From the IMG/VR virus record IMGVR_UViG_3300042387_000725, positions 1 to 64,000 of that record: a DNA stretch of 64,000 nucleotides. One strand, 5' to 3'. Below, piece after piece: positions 39,275 through 49,805 of this stretch. The position numbers and the translations under genes are program-made. The notes beneath the pieces were generated by a model. That model was given only the letters and a program-made list of their open reading frames with translations, was not told where the DNA came from and ran no database searches. Each line of letters opens with the position of its first letter. Within the stretch, counting starts at the first letter, position 1. This DNA is from a virus.

Positions 39275-40891
39275 CTATTGAGATGATCTACCTTCACCCT
39301 GTGGATTTCTTCCAGCCACGGTTGTTGTAGAGTCTGAGTTATTATTTCTTCTCTCTGCATCCCGTGAACGATTGCCAGCAAGATTTGCCCTGCTGTCAGT
39401 TGCTTGTCTTGGACTCATTTGGAAAGGCTCATCACCGTCCTGTCTTTGTGGCAAGTCAATCATTTCACGAGCTTCATTTGGAGTGATTACCTGGGTCTTT
39501 ACAAACCTTTCAATAATCTGAGATTGTGCGATTTCATCAGTTAAGGTTAACTCATTAAATCTGAGCTCTAATATATCTGTTTTTTCTTTAATAATTTTAT
39601 TTACTATTTTTTCAAGATGTTTTTGTGCTGGACGAGATACCTGCTCTTTAAAGGTACGATCTTGTGATAAGGCTGCTGCTGATCCACCAGCATCAGAGCC
39701 ACCCAGTTTAGACATTGGTACCTGGTGAGCAATTAAAATATCATCTCTATTCTGCTTGCGATATTCTTTAAATGAACCATCTTGGATTCCATTTTCAATA
39801 GGCTCCATCTTGAACTCTACCTTGTTGCCATCTGAATCTCCAGGAAGAGGGATGTAAAGAGTTCTGTGTGATTGTGCTTTTAGTCCTGTTTGTAAGAATC
39901 TAAACATTTTGTCTTCAGCATCCCCTGAAAGTTTTGCACCCTTTAGAGTTACAACATATCTTGGAACTGCCTTATTTTCAAAGTAATCAATGTTGTATTG
40001 TGATGCTAACTGGTCTCCAATAAGGGATGGCATAGCAGCCATAATGTCTGGAATTCCATAAAATGTATTTAGTGGAGAATATTCCTTAAGGTGAATAATT
40101 TCATTTGGACGAGCATCAGTTCCCATTGGATTTTGATTTTTAGCACCAAAGTTTCTAAAGTAAACAACCTTCTGTCCAATTATCTGAACAAATCCATCAC
40201 GCAAACGACGAACACGAACAGTGGTTGCTGGAATATGACCAACGTATCCAATTTCTCCTGTAACTGTTCTTCCTATTTCAATAAAACCATTTCCTGTTGC
40301 TTGAAGATCTGTATAAACTTTTTCCATTGTTTTTGTAAAACTATCATCATCATTTAAGTTTTCTAGCCAGTCACGTAATTCAATCTTCATTCTTTCAATA
40401 CGACGACGAGCACGAGCTACAGACTCTTTATCTTCATTTGTTTCAAATCTTAACATTGTTCTATCTGTTAGATCAAAGCGATATCCAAGACCAACAACAT
40501 TTTCCACCTTAGCATCAATAGCTGCATGGTTAGCAAAAGATGTGTCATAAAAGTTAGCCAACTCATACATGTTATATGGTGGAGTGATTACATCAAATAG
40601 TCCATATCCATTACGATATACAGTTCCAGGATTAATTTGTTTTGATGATGCATCTACACCACTTGGGGTAACTCTGGCAGAATCTAAATACTGCTGATTT
40701 GTTTCTGGACTATTTACTGATCCAACATATTTAGCAAGATTGCGAGTTGTTCTACGACGGAAGTTTTGATCAAGACCACTATAATCTTTTAGCATATCCC
40801 AAGACTTATTAAATGGATCTTGTGACTTAAAGATATTCTCTTCTTTTTTTTGTGTATTTAATCCTACATTAATATATTCTTGATCACTCAT
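39275..40891 (-). CDS. Portal protein (HK97/PBSX-like)
   Basis: TGNGFIE, EIIH.K...FYGIP, YFEN.AVP, ITPNEAR. Confidence 0.9.
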   Translation of the reverse strand: MSDQEYINVGLNTQKKEENIFKSQDPFNKSWDMLKDYSGLDQNFRRRTTRNLAKYVGSVNSPETNQQYLDSARVTPSGVDASSKQINPGTVYRNGYGLFDVITPPYNMYELANFYDTSFANHAAIDAKVENVVGLGYRFDLTDRTMLRFETNEDKESVARARRRIERMKIELRDWLENLNDDDSFTKTMEKVYTDLQATGNGFIEIGRTVTGEIGYVGHIPATTVRVRRLRDGFVQIIGQKVVYFRNFGAKNQNPMGTDARPNEIIHLKEYSPLNTFYGIPDIMAAMPSLIGDQLASQYNIDYFENKAVPRYVVTLKGAKLSGDAEDKMFRFLQTGLKAQSHRTLYIPLPGDSDGNKVEFKMEPIENGIQDGSFKEYRKQNRDDILIAHQVPMSKLGGSDAGGSAAALSQDRTFKEQVSRPAQKHLEKIVNKIIKEKTDILELRFNELTLTDEIAQSQIIERFVKTQVITPNEAREMIDLPQRQDGDEPFQMSPRQATDSRANLAGNRSRDAERRNNNSDSTTTVAGRNPQGEGRSSQ

Positions 40892-41279
40892 CCATTGCAC
40901 CTCTACCATACTTGTCTAATGTTTGCTTTGCTGCATCCCACGCACCTAAGTCATTCATGCTTGGAATTAAACCATTTATCATTCTTTCCTTTTGTTCGGA
41001 ATACTCTTCTTCACTAATTCTATGAAGTCCTGGAACGAATGTAGCCGTACCTTCTCCATCATCTCCATGGTGCATTGCTGCTTTTCTTAGTTCTGCAATC
41101 TTAGAAATATCTCCACGTTCAGCTGGGATATTTAAAACTGATCCAGTTCCATCTGTAAACCATGAACCATCTGCTTTTTTATATACGTACAATCCCCAGT
41201 CATAATGCTTCTCAATTACCTTTCGGCGGACATTTTGTACGTAGGGTTTACCAGTTTCTGGGTTAATTAGTGATTCCAT
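40884..41279 (-). CDS. Conserved hypothetical protein upstream of the portal
   Basis: ORF overlapping the portal start; TGATATACT at 41287-41295 implies a leaderless start. Confidence 0.65.
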   Translation of the reverse strand: MESLINPETGKPYVQNVRRKVIEKHYDWGLYVYKKADGSWFTDGTGSVLNIPAERGDISKIAELRKAAMHHGDDGEGTATFVPGLHRISEEEYSEQKERMINGLIPSMNDLGAWDAAKQTLDKYGRGAMDE

Positions 41280-41297
41280 AACCATAAGTATATCAGA

Positions 41298-44200
41298 CTA
41301 TACTGGTGTCAGTACACTAGTTTGCCACTCTATATCAGTATATATTTTTAGCTTTTCTGGCTGATAGACTAAGCCTTCTCCATCATCAATAATAATCTTA
41401 TTAGTTCCAATATATGTTTTATATATATCTGTTGGATTAATCCCATAAAATTCTGTTGATTCTAATATAAGAACCTCGTCCCAGCTAAAGTTATTGTCCC
41501 AAAATAACCAGTCAAAAGTCTCTAGCCCATCAGTTAAGACTTTTATCCAAGGTCTTTGAGTACTACTTTCAATTTCTCTTAAGCTGCTTCCTTGGTAATA
41601 AGAAATGTTATTAAATAAAAGTGGCCCAGTTATGTTAATGCTTCCAAGATAGGAATCAACTCTTAATGGCGATGCAAAAGAAATTCCTATGGATGCCCAC
41701 TCCCTTAATGACAAAACTGGTCGCTTTACAAGGTTTCCATTTAAATAAAAAGATAATCCGTTATATTCAATACCATTTTGATTTAATGCATAAATAGTTC
41801 CTCTATCTCCAACAGAGCTATTAGCTTTTAAGTAAAACTTTATAGTTTGTTTATCTTTATAATTAATTTCAAATACTTCTATTGGATTTTGAGGAAAAAC
41901 ATTTTTATCATATCTAGCCCATATCTGCATAGCACTGACGCTATATACGTTTGACATCTCTTTATTAATTGGTAAAGATAGACCACGATTTTCTAGAGGA
42001 TTAAATTCTCCACGAACCGCTATTCCAGAGTTTTCAGTTAAATACAGGTATGGTGTACTTTCTTTATAAATGCTAAATGGATTTTTTGCTTTATAGTTGT
42101 AATAAATTCCAGTTTTTTTGTATGGGAAAAGATCTACACCAAATCTAGTACCAACTGGATTTGATGAATTATCATTAAATGATTGAGATGCTATTTGCAA
42201 TGTATTTAATGACAATGGCTTTGTTAATATTCCACGACTATTAAACTCAAGACTATAAACTATTGCAATAGAGTTAAAGTCTGTAGTTTTATTTGGATAT
42301 ACTAATGTATTATTTAGTATTTCAAATCTAGTTGTTAGCCAATCTTCATTATTATTAACATCAATAACCTTGTACTCATTTAATTCTTGTTGATTTGTAA
42401 ATGGTATTGGATTGTTTGCACCATCTACTATAGGTTGAAAAGTTATATAGCTTTTAATTTGAGAGTTTTCTGTATTATAATAAAGATCAGAAGAGCCTTG
42501 ACTTTCTACCAGACTGGTTACTGCTGGGTATCCAACATTAAACTGTAAGAAGTCTAAGTCATAAAAAATTTCTCCTTCTTTATTTCTCACAAATTGTGCA
42601 AAATATGATAATGGAAGATAGTCTTCCCAATATCCTGCAACTCCAATATCTAGAAAATATTTATCGTAGGCTATAGAAGGCAACAACGTATAGCTTGCTG
42701 TATAGTCAATTAGATCTTGTCCATTATCTATAAAAACAAATCCTTCATCATCAAAATTATCAACATTCTTTGTAGAATTTAATTCAGTAGAAAAGCCAAT
42801 AGAATATACCTTTCCAGTAAATGAGTACTGTCCAGTGTTATCTCCAGCAACATACATTTTTAAATTATTAGTATTCCCAAAAAATGAAGAAACATTATTT
42901 CCAAATCTATTAGATATTTTATTTATGTCAAACCCAACTGAAAATAATGTATTTGAGCCAATTTCATCTGTTGTGTGCAGAACCTCATTTATTCCATTAT
43001 AGTTTAATGAATATTCAATTACATCATTATTTTTAAGTATTAAAAAGTAATCACTGTTTAGTTCGTTATATATTTTAAATAATATTTGATCTGAAGAAAG
43101 ATCGCTTATGCTAAAAACTCCATAGAGGCTATGTAGTTCACTTGATAACAAATTAAATTTTGGAAAGTTTATATATGAGTTTATACTATTCCAAGTATTA
43201 TTTGGTCTAAATGATAAAAATTGATTATCAATAAGTGCTCCAGAGTCGCTCTCTTGTATATTTTTGTTATCATTATATAGATTCTGAATAGTCTTATTTC
43301 CTATTGATATTTCTGGTAAAGAATATTCTGGAGTTCTTAAGCTTGTTGTTGTTGTTGATAAATTATCAAAACTTCCTTGATCCCATTTTGCAAAATCTGG
43401 ATAATTATAGTTTACACTATAGTTGGCAAATGGATAATCTATAAAAGCTGTTGTTCCATTATAAGATGAGTTAATGCTTTCTGGAGAGGCAACACCTTGT
43501 CCATAAACCCATCTTCTCTTTGCAACAATCGTTGGTACTTGATATGAATATATAGCAACACAGTCAATTTCAATTTCGCATATATTTTCAGATGAGGCAA
43601 AATAAATCCAGTCTTGATTTTTCCCAAGCTCATCTAATTCATTTGGAAGTACTAAGTCATCTGTATTAAATGATAAAGAAATTACCTGTTCCCCATTTAA
43701 TAACAATGATGCAGAATTTTTAATTATACGAAGATGAATTAGCATTGGTCTAGACCACTCTGAAACAAAATATGACGCAAAGTTATTATTTATTACAACT
43801 GTTAAAAATCCATTTTCAACATATATTCCATCATCAGAATTAATTGGTCCAAAAATTTTAAATGGTGAAGATGTAGTTGAATTTATTCTTGCCCAAAATT
43901 CAACTGTATAATCGTTATACTGTCCTTTTTTATTTAAAAATCCTTTACCTGGAAGTATTAGCTGCGGAATATCATTTGGTATTAATTTTGTTACACCACT
44001 TGCTCCATAAACCAAAGGCATACTAGTATTTTTGCAAGTAAGTTTGTTATTGTCAATAATGTAATATCCTGAATCTTCTGCAATTCCATAAGCTTGAGCC
44101 TCTACAGCTTCTGATCCACCGTATACAGAAACATCACCTGGTATAGTAATCTTATTAATACCATAGGAATTTGTATTAAACTCTTCATTCAGTTGGCCTA

Positions 44201-44765
44201 AAGTGATTCCATTAATATAGAATGAATTTTCTGATGGTAAAGATGAGCCTTCAATCACTGTTACTTTTATGACTAATCTTAGTTCTGCATCAATGTTTGG
44301 TGTTTCAAATGTTTCAGATAAAAATGCCCATTTCCCATAGAATGTAGTTGTAAAGGTTTTAAGAACTTGAACTACTGACTCAGTATCTGGATCAGTATAT
44401 TCATATCCAATTGATATGCTTTGCAAAAAGTTGCTATCTGAGTATATGTATGCTCCTATTGCAAATGTTGACGAGTCTAATAAATCGCTCAAATTAATAA
44501 TATCTGAACTAATTAAAGATGCTTCTGTTGTATTTTCAGAAGGTACGTCTACTTCAAGCAGTGTTACTACGCTATCTGGAAATGGCTCTTTTATGTATTC
44601 TGTTTGTAAAGATGTTGATCCATTATCTACAGTCCAAGAATTTACAATATTTCTTTGCTGTTCAGAAATTAAACCAATATAGTCAACCTTATCATCTAAT
44701 GCCCAAAGAACTAGCGGGTGTTCCGAATAAATCTTTTCAGCATACAGGTTTGATGGGTTAGACAT
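41298..44765 (-). CDS. Large virion protein with lectin/LamG-like beta-sandwich domains (1155 aa)
   Basis: SEHPLVLWALDD, YTVEFW, LLLNGEQV concanavalin-like motifs; Asn/Ile-rich. Confidence 0.6.
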   Translation of the reverse strand: MSNPSNLYAEKIYSEHPLVLWALDDKVDYIGLISEQQRNIVNSWTVDNGSTSLQTEYIKEPFPDSVVTLLEVDVPSENTTEASLISSDIINLSDLLDSSTFAIGAYIYSDSNFLQSISIGYEYTDPDTESVVQVLKTFTTTFYGKWAFLSETFETPNIDAELRLVIKVTVIEGSSLPSENSFYINGITLGQLNEEFNTNSYGINKITIPGDVSVYGGSEAVEAQAYGIAEDSGYYIIDNNKLTCKNTSMPLVYGASGVTKLIPNDIPQLILPGKGFLNKKGQYNDYTVEFWARINSTTSSPFKIFGPINSDDGIYVENGFLTVVINNNFASYFVSEWSRPMLIHLRIIKNSASLLLNGEQVISLSFNTDDLVLPNELDELGKNQDWIYFASSENICEIEIDCVAIYSYQVPTIVAKRRWVYGQGVASPESINSSYNGTTAFIDYPFANYSVNYNYPDFAKWDQGSFDNLSTTTTSLRTPEYSLPEISIGNKTIQNLYNDNKNIQESDSGALIDNQFLSFRPNNTWNSINSYINFPKFNLLSSELHSLYGVFSISDLSSDQILFKIYNELNSDYFLILKNNDVIEYSLNYNGINEVLHTTDEIGSNTLFSVGFDINKISNRFGNNVSSFFGNTNNLKMYVAGDNTGQYSFTGKVYSIGFSTELNSTKNVDNFDDEGFVFIDNGQDLIDYTASYTLLPSIAYDKYFLDIGVAGYWEDYLPLSYFAQFVRNKEGEIFYDLDFLQFNVGYPAVTSLVESQGSSDLYYNTENSQIKSYITFQPIVDGANNPIPFTNQQELNEYKVIDVNNNEDWLTTRFEILNNTLVYPNKTTDFNSIAIVYSLEFNSRGILTKPLSLNTLQIASQSFNDNSSNPVGTRFGVDLFPYKKTGIYYNYKAKNPFSIYKESTPYLYLTENSGIAVRGEFNPLENRGLSLPINKEMSNVYSVSAMQIWARYDKNVFPQNPIEVFEINYKDKQTIKFYLKANSSVGDRGTIYALNQNGIEYNGLSFYLNGNLVKRPVLSLREWASIGISFASPLRVDSYLGSINITGPLLFNNISYYQGSSLREIESSTQRPWIKVLTDGLETFDWLFWDNNFSWDEVLILESTEFYGINPTDIYKTYIGTNKIIIDDGEGLVYQPEKLKIYTDIEWQTSVLTPV

Positions 44766-44800
44766 TTTGCTCCTTAGCCTTAATTATAGCAGGGCAAACC

Positions 44801-46831
44801 TTAATATAGTTTAATCTCACATGCATCTGTGCTGCAATATGCTTCACCCTGTGCTTCAAGATTTTCAACTCCATCATAAATAGCAGACCAGTCAATCTTA
44901 CCAATTATTCCAACATATGCGTTGTATTCTTCTCTTGTGATTTCAGTATAAGGTTGCTGAGGATATGTTTGATTTCCCATTGGAAGGAATGATACTGCTT
45001 TTAGCTGTCCTTCGTACATATGAAGGGCAGGAGCAATAAACTTGGCCTCAGTTTCTTTATCAAATGAAAGTGTCACAGAAACACCATTATCTGACCAGTA
45101 CTTCTGAGCAGTTGCTGCCAAACCAATTTTCTCAAATAGACTAACATTTTTTTCAGCACGTGGGTGACCAGACGCTACTGGGAAATACACTACTTGAGTA
45201 TTTGCTGATACTAAATCTCTTTCAATTTTATATCCCGCTGCTTTAAACAAATGAAGCATTGGATCTTGGTCTCCAAAACGAATAGCACGAAGATAGAATG
45301 CTCCTCCTGGGCCCCAGTGAACCCCTGGAGTTGCACCAGACAGTAGTGATACAGATCCTGATGGCTTAACGGTTGTCACACGAATTGACTCACGAACACA
45401 TAGCCATTCTGAATATTGCTTGTCATAGCTACGAATCTTTTTGTATCCTTCATCCATCCACTCACGAGTTATTGGCAAACCATTTTTATCAGCAAATGAG
45501 GCAATTCCTGTAAGGGATGTACCAATACGACGATTACGCTGCATAATTCCGTTTGTAGTTGGCCAGTGTGTTGGAAGAAGTGTTACAGTCTTTCCGTAAA
45601 GATATGCAAACTTCAATGTCTTAAGAAAGTCTTCCTTAGAATCATGACGATTTAGGTGAACTTCTACAAGAGTACAAAGTTCGTACGATTCCAATGGCTG
45701 CTCTGCACAAGGATTAAAGCCCATTACACGATAGTCTTTTCCGTCTGCAGGATCAGCAAGGCGACCATAATTACGAGCAACATCAAGCCAAATAAAACCT
45801 GGCTCTCCGTTATCTTTAATAAGGTCTACGTAGTCTTCATACTTTGTTCCGACTGTTGCAGAGATAGAGTTATTACTCATCCATGCCCAACCTGGTTTTT
45901 CTGGATCATATGAGTTACGTTCTGGAAATACTTCTGGATTCTTAAGATTAATAAAGTCTTCATCTTCTGGAGTACCAAGTGCTAGTGTTGCAGAACGACG
46001 AACATTTCCAGAAACAACACATGTTCCAATAAGATTAATGATATCTGTAATTGCACGTGAGTCAAGGTTTTCCCCTGCTCTTCCTCCAATTACTTTATCA
46101 ATTCTATTATGTAAATCAATTAGTGGTTGTGGTCCAGATGCTACTCCGCCAAACCCCTTAATTGGTGCACCTAATGGGCGAATCTCAGAATAATCAAACT
46201 TTTGAATATTTTGATTTTGACGAAGGTATGAGTTTAAAAGCATTTTTACTGACTCTACCCAGCCTTCACGAGTATCAGGAATAACATAGGTATTTACAGG
46301 CTCTGTAGGGCTGTAGATAGGCATTTCTTTATCTTGACCTAATGTATCAAACCCTACTCCAATACCCAGCATAAGGGCATCCATAACCCACGAGAACAGG
46401 GCTCCTGGGTCATTGCGGTCAATATCTCTAGTAGATACCATTGCACAGTTTTGAAGGGCTGCAGAGTTACGCTTCTCCATAGTCATAGGAGTTCCAAATG
46501 TCCACATACCACGACCTGGGGGTGTCCACTTTAATTCAAACATTCTTTGAAAGGCTTCTTGTGCTGACTTCTGTGCCTTATTATCATTCCAAGGCAAACG
46601 ATTCTCTTTGGCATGGTTCTTCTGTACTGAGTACATTCCTTCAATTACACGCTTACAAACCTCATGCCATCTTTCTTTTGTTCCATCTTCCTTCACACGG
46701 GAATATGTACGAATAAACGTAATTTCTCCAAGTGAGTTAGATCCTGCATCTTGATATCCAAACGGAGCTGGAAGTGTTGAATATTTATTTACAAAATCTT
46801 CTGTTAAACGAAAAGAAAATATATCTGACAT
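44801..46831 (-). CDS. nrdJ: Class II (adenosylcobalamin-dependent) ribonucleoside-triphosphate reductase
   Basis: RTYSR, PPGRG, NCA, GNVRRSA, NPCAEQ...CTL, TTVKPSG, C-terminal CSTDAC. Confidence 0.92.
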   Translation of the reverse strand: MSDIFSFRLTEDFVNKYSTLPAPFGYQDAGSNSLGEITFIRTYSRVKEDGTKERWHEVCKRVIEGMYSVQKNHAKENRLPWNDNKAQKSAQEAFQRMFELKWTPPGRGMWTFGTPMTMEKRNSAALQNCAMVSTRDIDRNDPGALFSWVMDALMLGIGVGFDTLGQDKEMPIYSPTEPVNTYVIPDTREGWVESVKMLLNSYLRQNQNIQKFDYSEIRPLGAPIKGFGGVASGPQPLIDLHNRIDKVIGGRAGENLDSRAITDIINLIGTCVVSGNVRRSATLALGTPEDEDFINLKNPEVFPERNSYDPEKPGWAWMSNNSISATVGTKYEDYVDLIKDNGEPGFIWLDVARNYGRLADPADGKDYRVMGFNPCAEQPLESYELCTLVEVHLNRHDSKEDFLKTLKFAYLYGKTVTLLPTHWPTTNGIMQRNRRIGTSLTGIASFADKNGLPITREWMDEGYKKIRSYDKQYSEWLCVRESIRVTTVKPSGSVSLLSGATPGVHWGPGGAFYLRAIRFGDQDPMLHLFKAAGYKIERDLVSANTQVVYFPVASGHPRAEKNVSLFEKIGLAATAQKYWSDNGVSVTLSFDKETEAKFIAPALHMYEGQLKAVSFLPMGNQTYPQQPYTEITREEYNAYVGIIGKIDWSAIYDGVENLEAQGEAYCSTDACEIKLY

Positions 46832-46859
46832 TTTAAACCTTTCAAAGTTAAATTAAGCT

Positions 46860-46899
46860 GAGTACTTCATGTTTTCTGAAGTAGTCTCTAAGTATAACA
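46860..46899 (-). promoter_or_regulatory. nrdJ promoter (TGTTATACT) with an inverted repeat at the predicted start site
   Basis: TGTTATACT at 46891-46899, followed by TACTTCA-N7-TGAAGTA. Confidence 0.55.
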
Positions 46900-46979
46900 C
46901 AACTTTTGTTTTATTTTAAGCACAAAATAAAAAGTCTAAATGATTACATGATAGTAGAGCTTTAGATTTACAATAGTTG

Positions 46980-47648
46980 TTATCTAAACATTGTATTATT
47001 TATATGGCTAATGTTTATACTATTTACATTAAAATGTTTAGGCAATGATGATACCCACAAAATAGACTGAGCAAGATCATTTGCGGTCAGTGCATCATTT
47101 TTCTTTTCTGCCTGAGTATCAATTGTTCCAGGACATATCTCAGTAATCTTAATGCCATATGCTGGAAACTCTAGTCTCATTGTTTCCAATAATCCAATTT
47201 CTCCCCTTTTAGCATTTGTATAGTTACCGCCACCAGGATAGGGAACGTTTCCACCTATTGATGTTACAAAAATTATTGTTGGAGAATTTGATCTTTGCAT
47301 ACAAGGTACAAATAGCTGAGAAATATACATTGGGCCAGTTACGTTTATGTCATAAGCTCTTCTAAAGTTTTCTGGAGTTTCATTAATAATTTGTGTTGGC
47401 CCAGCTCCTCCACCTGCATTATTTACTAAAAGATCAAGCGTAATGTCTTTGTATTTTTCAAAGAATAACTCTATGGCTTTTGAGTCTGTTATATCTAGTT
47501 GATAAACCTCAACGTTATCAGATACAAGATCAGATACCTTAGATAGGTCTCTTGAAACAGCAATAACCTTGTAACCATTTTCAGATAGTAGTTTTACTGT
47601 TTCTAGTCCAACGCCCTTGCTTGCCCCAGTTACAATTGCTGTTTTCAA
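46980..47648 (-). CDS. Short-chain dehydrogenase/reductase (YdfG-like)
   Basis: TGASKGVG, NNAG, catalytic S and YTNAK, ICPG. Confidence 0.9.
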   Translation of the reverse strand: MKTAIVTGASKGVGLETVKLLSENGYKVIAVSRDLSKVSDLVSDNVEVYQLDITDSKAIELFFEKYKDITLDLLVNNAGGGAGPTQIINETPENFRRAYDINVTGPMYISQLFVPCMQRSNSPTIIFVTSIGGNVPYPGGGNYTNAKRGEIGLLETMRLEFPAYGIKITEICPGTIDTQAEKKNDALTANDLAQSILWVSSLPKHFNVNSINISHINNTMFR

Positions 47649-48383
47649 TTACATACTCTGATTTTTATTAATGTCCATATTGTTATGAATCCAATGGCCA
47701 GGTATCATATACTTAACCCCAGATTTTACAATATGGGCTGTATGAAAATACGGTGGAAATGCTGGAAATATAATAACACTATTTTCTTTTGGCTTTAGCC
47801 CAAAATCAATTGCTTTATTTTCAACAGATATATCATAGTCTAAATCTACAGCTGGTGCTGATCCTTTAGAAAAACCGTCAGCACTAGTCCATCCTCCATC
47901 ATAATCCTTTAACTGGAAAGATATTTCTCCGCCTTCACAGTCATCATTTAGATACATAACTAGAGAGTATCTTAAAGTTTTGTCTCCATCTAGTTGGTCA
48001 AAATGTGCACCCATTCCCATTCCAGTGTTGTATTTCTTTATATTAAAGGTTGGAAAAAGTCTTGGCTCATCAAAATCACCCAATGAAGAAGCATAGTCCT
48101 TACATACATTGTACATTGTAGTCATGATAGCGTCATATATATATTTGCTTTTTTCCGCTACCTCACCAGTAAGGTTATTTATCGCATTGATGTCAAAAGT
48201 TTTTGTCTCTCCATAAATAAAAGTTTTATCGTTAGAAGAAGTCCAGGGATTCCAAACGTTTACCCCTGACTCTGTGTATTGCTCAAGAGTATCTAACTCT
48301 TTCCATACTTTTTTAAAAGTATCAAAGTCTTCAATAGCATCAGTGTAGTAGTATACTTTTGGGTCTAGTTTTTCTTTATTCAT
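47649..48383 (-). CDS. 2OG-Fe(II) oxygenase, prolyl-4-hydroxylase-like
   Basis: HFD...YLNDD.EGGE...H....SGVKY. Confidence 0.88.
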   Translation of the reverse strand: MNKEKLDPKVYYYTDAIEDFDTFKKVWKELDTLEQYTESGVNVWNPWTSSNDKTFIYGETKTFDINAINNLTGEVAEKSKYIYDAIMTTMYNVCKDYASSLGDFDEPRLFPTFNIKKYNTGMGMGAHFDQLDGDKTLRYSLVMYLNDDCEGGEISFQLKDYDGGWTSADGFSKGSAPAVDLDYDISVENKAIDFGLKPKENSVIIFPAFPPYFHTAHIVKSGVKYMIPGHWIHNNMDINKNQSM

Positions 48384-48394
48384 ATTTTTCTCCT

Positions 48395-49054
48395 CTAGTA
48401 CTTGTTATTAACGTAAAAATCTTTTACTTTTATAAAGGCTGTAATGACATGTCTTATTGGACCATCCCCCACATGCTTTACTCCATGCTCATGTTCTGGG
48501 TCACCTGGAAAAACAAGCAATGACCCTGGTTTTGGTCTTAACGTGATGTCAAAATTTTTAAAGAAAAGTTCTCCATCAGAATAATTTTCATTAATATATA
48601 GGATTGCAGCATATCTAATAGATGGGTCTGTGTCTTGATCCACATGAGATTTTAATTCAACACCAGTTTGCATTCTTTGTATAGTTCCCATGCCACCTAC
48701 TATTAAATTTTCATCTGCTCTTTTAACTAAATCTTGTATTCTTTCTTGAAGTACTCTAGCTATATCATATTGCTGAATTTCAAGAATTTTATCATCCCAT
48801 CCTTTAGTAACTTCATATTTGCCTTCATCAACTAGCTTTTGAACATCCGTTGTACCAAATTTTTCTAAACAAAACTCAGCCAAACTTTTCTGATAAGCAA
48901 CGTGCCACTCTGTTTCTTCTGTGGAGTTAATTATGTCTAATACTTGATGCAGTTCTTCTTTAGAGATAAAATCTTCTACTAGCAAAATGCTATCTGAAAT
49001 ATCTACAACGCTATAGTTGTCCTCAATAAGTTCTTTTCTTAAGAAACTACTCAT
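48395..49054 (-). CDS. 2OG-Fe(II) oxygenase, prolyl-4-hydroxylase-like
   Basis: HVD...YINE.Y.DGE.FF...HGV...RH. Confidence 0.88.
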   Translation of the reverse strand: MSSFLRKELIEDNYSVVDISDSILLVEDFISKEELHQVLDIINSTEETEWHVAYQKSLAEFCLEKFGTTDVQKLVDEGKYEVTKGWDDKILEIQQYDIARVLQERIQDLVKRADENLIVGGMGTIQRMQTGVELKSHVDQDTDPSIRYAAILYINENYSDGELFFKNFDITLRPKPGSLLVFPGDPEHEHGVKHVGDGPIRHVITAFIKVKDFYVNNKY

Positions 49055-49805
49055 TGCGATTTAACTCCTCTATCTTATACTTATTACCATCTTTATCTAT
49101 TTTATAGCCCTTTTTAATAAGGTCCTGCCACTCTGCTCTTTCAATCTCTTGCTGTTCTCTTGTTGCTTTCATTTCTGCTGCCCAAGCATCTCTTAGCTCT
49201 TGCGGATAAGCATCTTCTTCTCTGTCATCCCAGAATGAACCTATGGTGTATCTTACTCCGCTTTCAATTAAAGTAACTTCATGCATATTGTTAAAGCCAC
49301 CGTCAAAGACAGCAAGCATTCCAACTTTTGGCTCAATTTCTATTTCTTGTCCTGGGAATCTTAATAGTCCACCTTTAAAATTATCATTTAGATAAAGGAA
49401 CCCAGCATATCTACTTCTTGTAAATGCGCCAGAGTTTCCTTCAGCATCAGTATTGTCTGAGTGTACTCTTGCGTATGCTCCAGGTTCCCATTTTTGTGTG
49501 TGATATCCAATTTTACAAATTGTTTTTGGATCAAGATCGTGAACTGAAGCAATTGCTTCTGGCATTGTTTTTTCAATGTCTGAAAAAATAGTTGGAGATA
49601 ATCCAGCATCAAGTACCTCTTGATCGTTATCTTGTGGAAGAACAGAAGAATATGATTCATAAAATGAAATAGGCATCCATGACAACTTTCCACCTTCTGC
49701 TTGAGCATCAAGTGCCTGAATCATTTTTTTACAATCTTCATCACTAATAAAGTTTTCATAAATAACAATATCTTTTGTGATTCTTTTTTTATTGTTTAGA
49801 TTCAT
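49047..49805 (-). CDS. 2OG-Fe(II) oxygenase, prolyl-4-hydroxylase-like
   Basis: HSD...YLND.F.GG...HEV...GVRY. Confidence 0.88.
   Translation of the reverse strand: MNLNNKKRITKDIVIYENFISDEDCKKMIQALDAQAEGGKLSWMPISFYESYSSVLPQDNDQEVLDAGLSPTIFSDIEKTMPEAIASVHDLDPKTICKIGYHTQKWEPGAYARVHSDNTDAEGNSGAFTRSRYAGFLYLNDNFKGGLLRFPGQEIEIEPKVGMLAVFDGGFNNMHEVTLIESGVRYTIGSFWDDREEDAYPQELRDAWAAEMKATREQQEIERAEWQDLIKKGYKIDKDGNKYKIEELNRNE

Noticed and set aside
46897-46915. NrdR box upstream of nrdJ
   Set aside because: ACACAACTTTTGTTT is only a weak partial match and has no tandem copy.
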